Source: Nitrospirota bacterium (lineage in GTDB: Bacteria; Nitrospirota; UBA9217). From it: DNA of 64,000 nt. Where the stretch lies: the NCBI GenBank assembly GCA_963754875.1, contig CAVWHO010000019.1, positions 64,001-128,000 of the forward strand, read 5' to 3'. Both the position numbers and the translations under genes were made by a program. The notes under the pieces were generated by a model. It was not told the DNA's origin. It saw nothing but the letters and a program-made list of their open reading frames with translations, and made no database searches. How positions within the stretch are numbered: position 1 is the first letter of the stretch; the number at the start of each line of letters is the position of its first letter. Positions 59,831 to 64,000 of this stretch are shown here, one piece after another.

Positions 59831-62776
59831 GTGTTTTCGCCCTGGCTACTTCTGTCTATTATTCTCGGTTACCTTCTGCTCCTTTTTTCCGTAGCGTATT
59901 TCGCGGAGCGGAAGGAACTGCAGGGGAAGAGCCTCGTATCAAATCCTTACATCTATTCTCTCTCTCTGGCCGTGTACTGCACCTCATGGACTTTTTACGG
60001 CAGCGTCGGCAAGGCGGCCAATGCAGGCCTGAGCTTTCTCACGATCTATATCGGCCCCACGCTCATGGCGGCGCTCTGGTGGATCGTGCTCCGGAAAATC
60101 GTCTACCTTTCCCGGGAGAACCGGATTACCACGATCTCGGACTTTATCTCGTCCCGCTATGGCAAATCCATCGGTCTTTCCGTTCTCGTTACCATCGTGG
60201 CCGTCGTCGGCATTACCCCGTACCTCGGACTCCAGTTGAAGGCCGTGATGACGTCATTCGCCCTGCTTTCGGGAAGGCCGGAAGGCAGCCACTTCACCGG
60301 GGCGTTCATCTCATTGCTGCTCGGCGTGTTCGCCGTGATTTTCGGAGCCAGGAGGCTCGACGCCTCGGAACGCCATGGCGGACTGGTCTTTGCCGTGGCC
60401 TTCGAGTCCGCTATCAAGCTTGTGTCGTTCCTCCTTGTCGGGTTCTTCGTGACCTACGGTCTCTTTCACGGTTTCGGAGACATTCTAGGCAAAATACAGC
60501 AGGGGCCGTATGCGTCCCTCCTGAAAATCGGGGACGGGTCTCCGGTCAGTTTCTCTGAATGGGTTTCGTTGACGTTTCTGTCCATGATGGCCATCATGTT
60601 TCTCCCCCGCCAGTTCCATGTTGCCGTTGTGGAGAACTATTCCGTGGACCACATTAAGAAGGCCATGTGGCTCTTCCCGCTGTATCTCTTCCTGATCAAC
60701 ATCTTCGTGCTGCCCATCGCCTGCGGGGGGCTGCTCCTCGGTGATCTCCCGCCTGCGGCGGACTATTTCGTGCTTAGCATCCCCATGCACTACGGCCACC
60801 CGCTCCTGGCGATTATCGTATTCATCGGCGGTTTTTCCGCGGCCACTGCCATGATCATCGTCGAGTCCATCGCTCTCAGCACCATGGTGATGAACAGCTT
60901 CGTCGTGCCCACTTTGTGGGACCTCTCCGCGATCAAGAATTTTTACGCCGTAGTCCTGAACATCAAACGCCTGGTGATCCTGGGATGTGTTTTCCTCGGC
61001 TATGTGTTTGCCATTTACATCGGCCAGTTCGACAGCCTCGTGGACATCGGCCTCAAATCGTTCGAAGCAGTCACCATCTTTGCGCCGTCCATCCTGCTCG
61101 GCCTTTACTGGAAAGGCGGAAACAAAAAGGGCGCAATCGCCGGCATTCTGGCCGGATTTTCCGTCTGGATATACACGCTGCTCATCCCGGCCCTCATGCG
61201 GGCGGGGATCATTGAGAAGGGCAATATTCTGAATGCAATCTTCAACTCAACGCTTCTGAACCCTACGGCGCTCTTCGGGCTCGGAGGCCTGGACCGCTGG
61301 AGCCATTCCCTGTTCTGGGGACTGTTTTTGAACATCTGTTTCTACGTCGGGGTTTCGCTTCTGACCCGTCAGTCCGATGACGAGACGCACCAGGCCATTG
61401 TGTTCGTGGATTCCTTTTCACCGCTCAACCTCGGACCTTCGTACCGGCCTTCGGGGATCGCCGAGGTCGAAGACATCCTGGGGCAGTACGTCGGCCCCGA
61501 TGAGGCGCGTGAGGTTGTGAACGGCTTTCTCAGGAAGAACGGACTGACCCGGACTTCACTGTCAGGCGAATGGCTCATAAAGCTCCGAGAAGAGGCCGAG
61601 AGGGTCCTGTCCGGAGCGATGGGACCGTCCATCAGCACGCTCGTGTTCCAGGACCGGATGGTCCTGACCCACGACGAGGCTTTGCGCGTCTCGGACTCGA
61701 TCCAGCATATATCCCGCAGCCTCCGGCTGTCGCGCCAGGAGCTTGCCGAGGCGAACCGGCAGCTTGCCATGCTCAAGGAGTTCAGCGAGAACATCATCGA
61801 AAGCCTTCCACTCGGCGTGGCCACGCTGGATGAGGCGTTGCGCGTCACATACTGGAACAGCGGCATGGAGATGATCACCGGCGTCGAGAAGTCCGACTCC
61901 CTCGAATGCGACGCCTCGGGCCTGCTTACGTGCCTGGAGCCCAGGCTCTTTACCCCGGAGGTTCGCGAGGGAGAGATCACCTGCAGGAGAAATTTCGATC
62001 CCCAAATCATCCTGAAGGGATATGTGAGCAGACTCACCGGCGCCCAGAAAGGATACGTGCTCGTACTCGAAGATATCACGGAAAAGAAAAAAATCGAGGA
62101 GGAATTGTTTCGCGCAACGAAACACGCCAGCGTCGGGAGGCTCGCGGCGGGCGTGGCGCACGAGATCGGGAACCCGCTTGCCTCCATCTCATCGCTGGTG
62201 CAGGAACTCCAGACCGAGGATGTTTCGTCGTTCACCAAAGACTCTCTCACCACGATCAATGAGCATGTGCACCGTATTGCACGCATTGTCCGAAGCCTCG
62301 GCGACTTCGCGCGGCTCTATCCCAGGCAGAAGGTCGCGACGAGTCTGGGAGATATTCTGGAAAACACGCTCAACCTCGTCCGGTACGATAAAAACTTCCG
62401 CAAGATCGAGATCCGCACCGACGTACAGGCAACGCCGCCCCTCACGATCGACCCGGACCAGATCCAGCAGGTTTTTCTGAACCTGATTCTGAACGCGCGG
62501 GACGCCATGCCGAACGGAGGCAGTCTCGACATCTCCGTGAAGCATATTGACGGCCATGTTCTGATGCTGTTCGCCGATACCGGATGCGGCATTGACCCCG
62601 AGGTCAGAGACAAGGTTTTCGACCCCTTTTTCAGCACCAAGGGGCCCTCTAAAGGTACGGGATTAGGGCTTAGCATATGCTATAGCATCATCAAGGACCA
62701 CGGCGGTACGATCGAGATCGATTCCGAAATAGACAAGGGAACGCGGTTTACGATTAAAATTCCCGTTGGTTCATAA
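59831..62776 (+). CDS. Na+/solute symporter (SLC5)-fused histidine kinase (CbrA/CrbS-like)
   Basis: YSLSLAVYCTSWTFYGSVG, DFISSRYGK, LPRQFHV, PAS-like segment, AHEIGNP, GTGLGL. Confidence 0.92.
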   Translation: MFSPWLLLSIILGYLLLLFSVAYFAERKELQGKSLVSNPYIYSLSLAVYCTSWTFYGSVGKAANAGLSFLTIYIGPTLMAALWWIVLRKIVYLSRENRITTISDFISSRYGKSIGLSVLVTIVAVVGITPYLGLQLKAVMTSFALLSGRPEGSHFTGAFISLLLGVFAVIFGARRLDASERHGGLVFAVAFESAIKLVSFLLVGFFVTYGLFHGFGDILGKIQQGPYASLLKIGDGSPVSFSEWVSLTFLSMMAIMFLPRQFHVAVVENYSVDHIKKAMWLFPLYLFLINIFVLPIACGGLLLGDLPPAADYFVLSIPMHYGHPLLAIIVFIGGFSAATAMIIVESIALSTMVMNSFVVPTLWDLSAIKNFYAVVLNIKRLVILGCVFLGYVFAIYIGQFDSLVDIGLKSFEAVTIFAPSILLGLYWKGGNKKGAIAGILAGFSVWIYTLLIPALMRAGIIEKGNILNAIFNSTLLNPTALFGLGGLDRWSHSLFWGLFLNICFYVGVSLLTRQSDDETHQAIVFVDSFSPLNLGPSYRPSGIAEVEDILGQYVGPDEAREVVNGFLRKNGLTRTSLSGEWLIKLREEAERVLSGAMGPSISTLVFQDRMVLTHDEALRVSDSIQHISRSLRLSRQELAEANRQLAMLKEFSENIIESLPLGVATLDEALRVTYWNSGMEMITGVEKSDSLECDASGLLTCLEPRLFTPEVREGEITCRRNFDPQIILKGYVSRLTGAQKGYVLVLEDITEKKKIEEELFRATKHASVGRLAAGVAHEIGNPLASISSLVQELQTEDVSSFTKDSLTTINEHVHRIARIVRSLGDFARLYPRQKVATSLGDILENTLNLVRYDKNFRKIEIRTDVQATPPLTIDPDQIQQVFLNLILNARDAMPNGGSLDISVKHIDGHVLMLFADTGCGIDPEVRDKVFDPFFSTKGPSKGTGLGLSICYSIIKDHGGTIEIDSEIDKGTRFTIKIPVGS

Positions 62777-63084
62777 CGCTGGTTTTCGGATCGAGCGATT
62801 TTTTGACAAGGTTACAGGAAAATTTACATAACCATGCGGGCGTAACCACGAAAAGGACAAGTTTATGAGATCATAGTTCCCGACTTCGTCCCCCCAAGCA
62901 AGACTGGCGGCACACACAGAGGGGCGGCTGCAAGTCTTGAATCTGTTTTTTTAATCCCCGTCCCACGTCCTCCACCCATCCTCTGTTATCGTATGCAACG
63001 GAGCGGGGCGCGGGACTGTGGTTCATGCTTTGTTTAATCTCGGGAATCCGCATAATGTGCGGATCACGGCAAAAAAGGGGCTTA

Positions 63085-64000
63085 ATGTCGAAGAGCATAC
63101 TGATCGTAGAAGATGAAGAGACCTTGCGGGAGTCCATCAGACGGATCTTCGCAAAAGAAGGGTACGTCGTAGACGGCGCGGAGTCTGCCGAAAAGGCGCT
63201 CTCCCTTCTTGAGACGAGCGTGTACGACGTGATCATCTCGGACATCATCCTTCCGGGTATGGACGGCATCGAAATGCTCACTCAGATACGTGAGCAGATC
63301 CCGGACCAGATCTTTATCGTGGTCACCGCGTACGCGTCGCTCGACACGTCGGTGAAGGCGCTCCGTGCCGGCGCCTATGATTACATCATGAAACCGATCA
63401 TCCACGAAGAAATCAAACAGATCGTCCGGAATGCGCTGCGGCAGAAGAGCCTGCAGACCGAGAACGTGCTGCTCAAACGCGAGATCGGGAAGGACTATGA
63501 CTTCAGCAGTATCATCGGCGAGACGCCCTCACTGAAGACGATCCTCGACGAAGTGAGAGAAGATCACGGACACGAAGAGCACGGTGTTGCTCCTCGGCGA
63601 GACCGGAACGGGCAAGGAGCTTTTCGCCCGTGTCATCCACCACAACAGCACGCGCCGCGACATGCCTTTTGTGCCGATCAACTGTTCCGCCATCCCCGAG
63701 ACGCTCCTCGAGACCGAGCTTTTCGGCCACGTGCGCGGCGCTTTTACGGGGGCGGTGGCGACCAAGAAGGGCATTCTGGAAGAAGCCGAGGGCGGCACGG
63801 TGTTCCTCGATGAGATCGGCGACATGAGCATGTCGCTCCAGGCAAAGCTGCTGCGGGTCATCGAGGACCAGGTTATCCGGCCCGTGGGCAGTACGAAGGG
63901 GACAAAGGTCGACATCCGGCTGGTTTCCGCCACCAACAAAGACCTGAAGGCCGCGGTGCGGGCCGGGACATTCCGGGAAGACCTCTATTACCGTATCAAC
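63085..64000 (+). CDS. NtrC-family sigma54-dependent response regulator; frameshift near 63557; runs off the window
   Basis: REC domain, then a shifted frame with [35 protein letters not shown]. Confidence 0.88.

Noticed and set aside
1..64000. CRISPR array, tRNA, rRNA, integrase or transposase
   Set aside because: No regularly spaced direct repeats, tRNA arms, rRNA-like tracts or recombinase motifs were seen by eye.

Overview
Bacterial chromosomal window, moderately GC-rich by eye, from an anaerobic sulfur-metabolising organism. The DsrD type, dsr gene order and an alternative complex III are most consistent with Nitrospirota, which is an inference. Contents in order: (1) housekeeping aroA-cmk-ispH-rpsA-sppA-ihfB; (2) an alternative complex III-like operon (actA, split actB1/B2, actC, actD, actE) whose spacers carry palindromic MITE/REP-like elements; (3) a PAS hybrid kinase with a response regulator, assorted small genes and two pseudogenes; (4) rlpA, pepA, a LysR regulator, uvrB, uvrC, mglA, ispD, ispF, cysE; (5) a ~12.4 kb dissimilatory sulfite reductase cluster, dsrAB-D-N-hyp-C-fdx-dsrH/E/F-like-T-MKJOP-fdx, behind an AT-rich spacer with a sigma54 site; (6) nfeD/SPFH, rsmD-coaD, and a DUF294 / SLC5-histidine kinase / NtrC signalling region. 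The most notable feature is the dsr cluster. It combines reductive markers (dsrD, no dsrL in the cluster) with a DsrEFH-like sulfur-relay trio, and the HEF-T-MKJOP block is bracketed by two paralogous ferredoxin-plus-terminator units. Several conserved genes carry small indels that look like long-read assembly errors. No tRNA, rRNA, CRISPR array or intact transposase was seen. All calls are from motif recognition; no searches were run.
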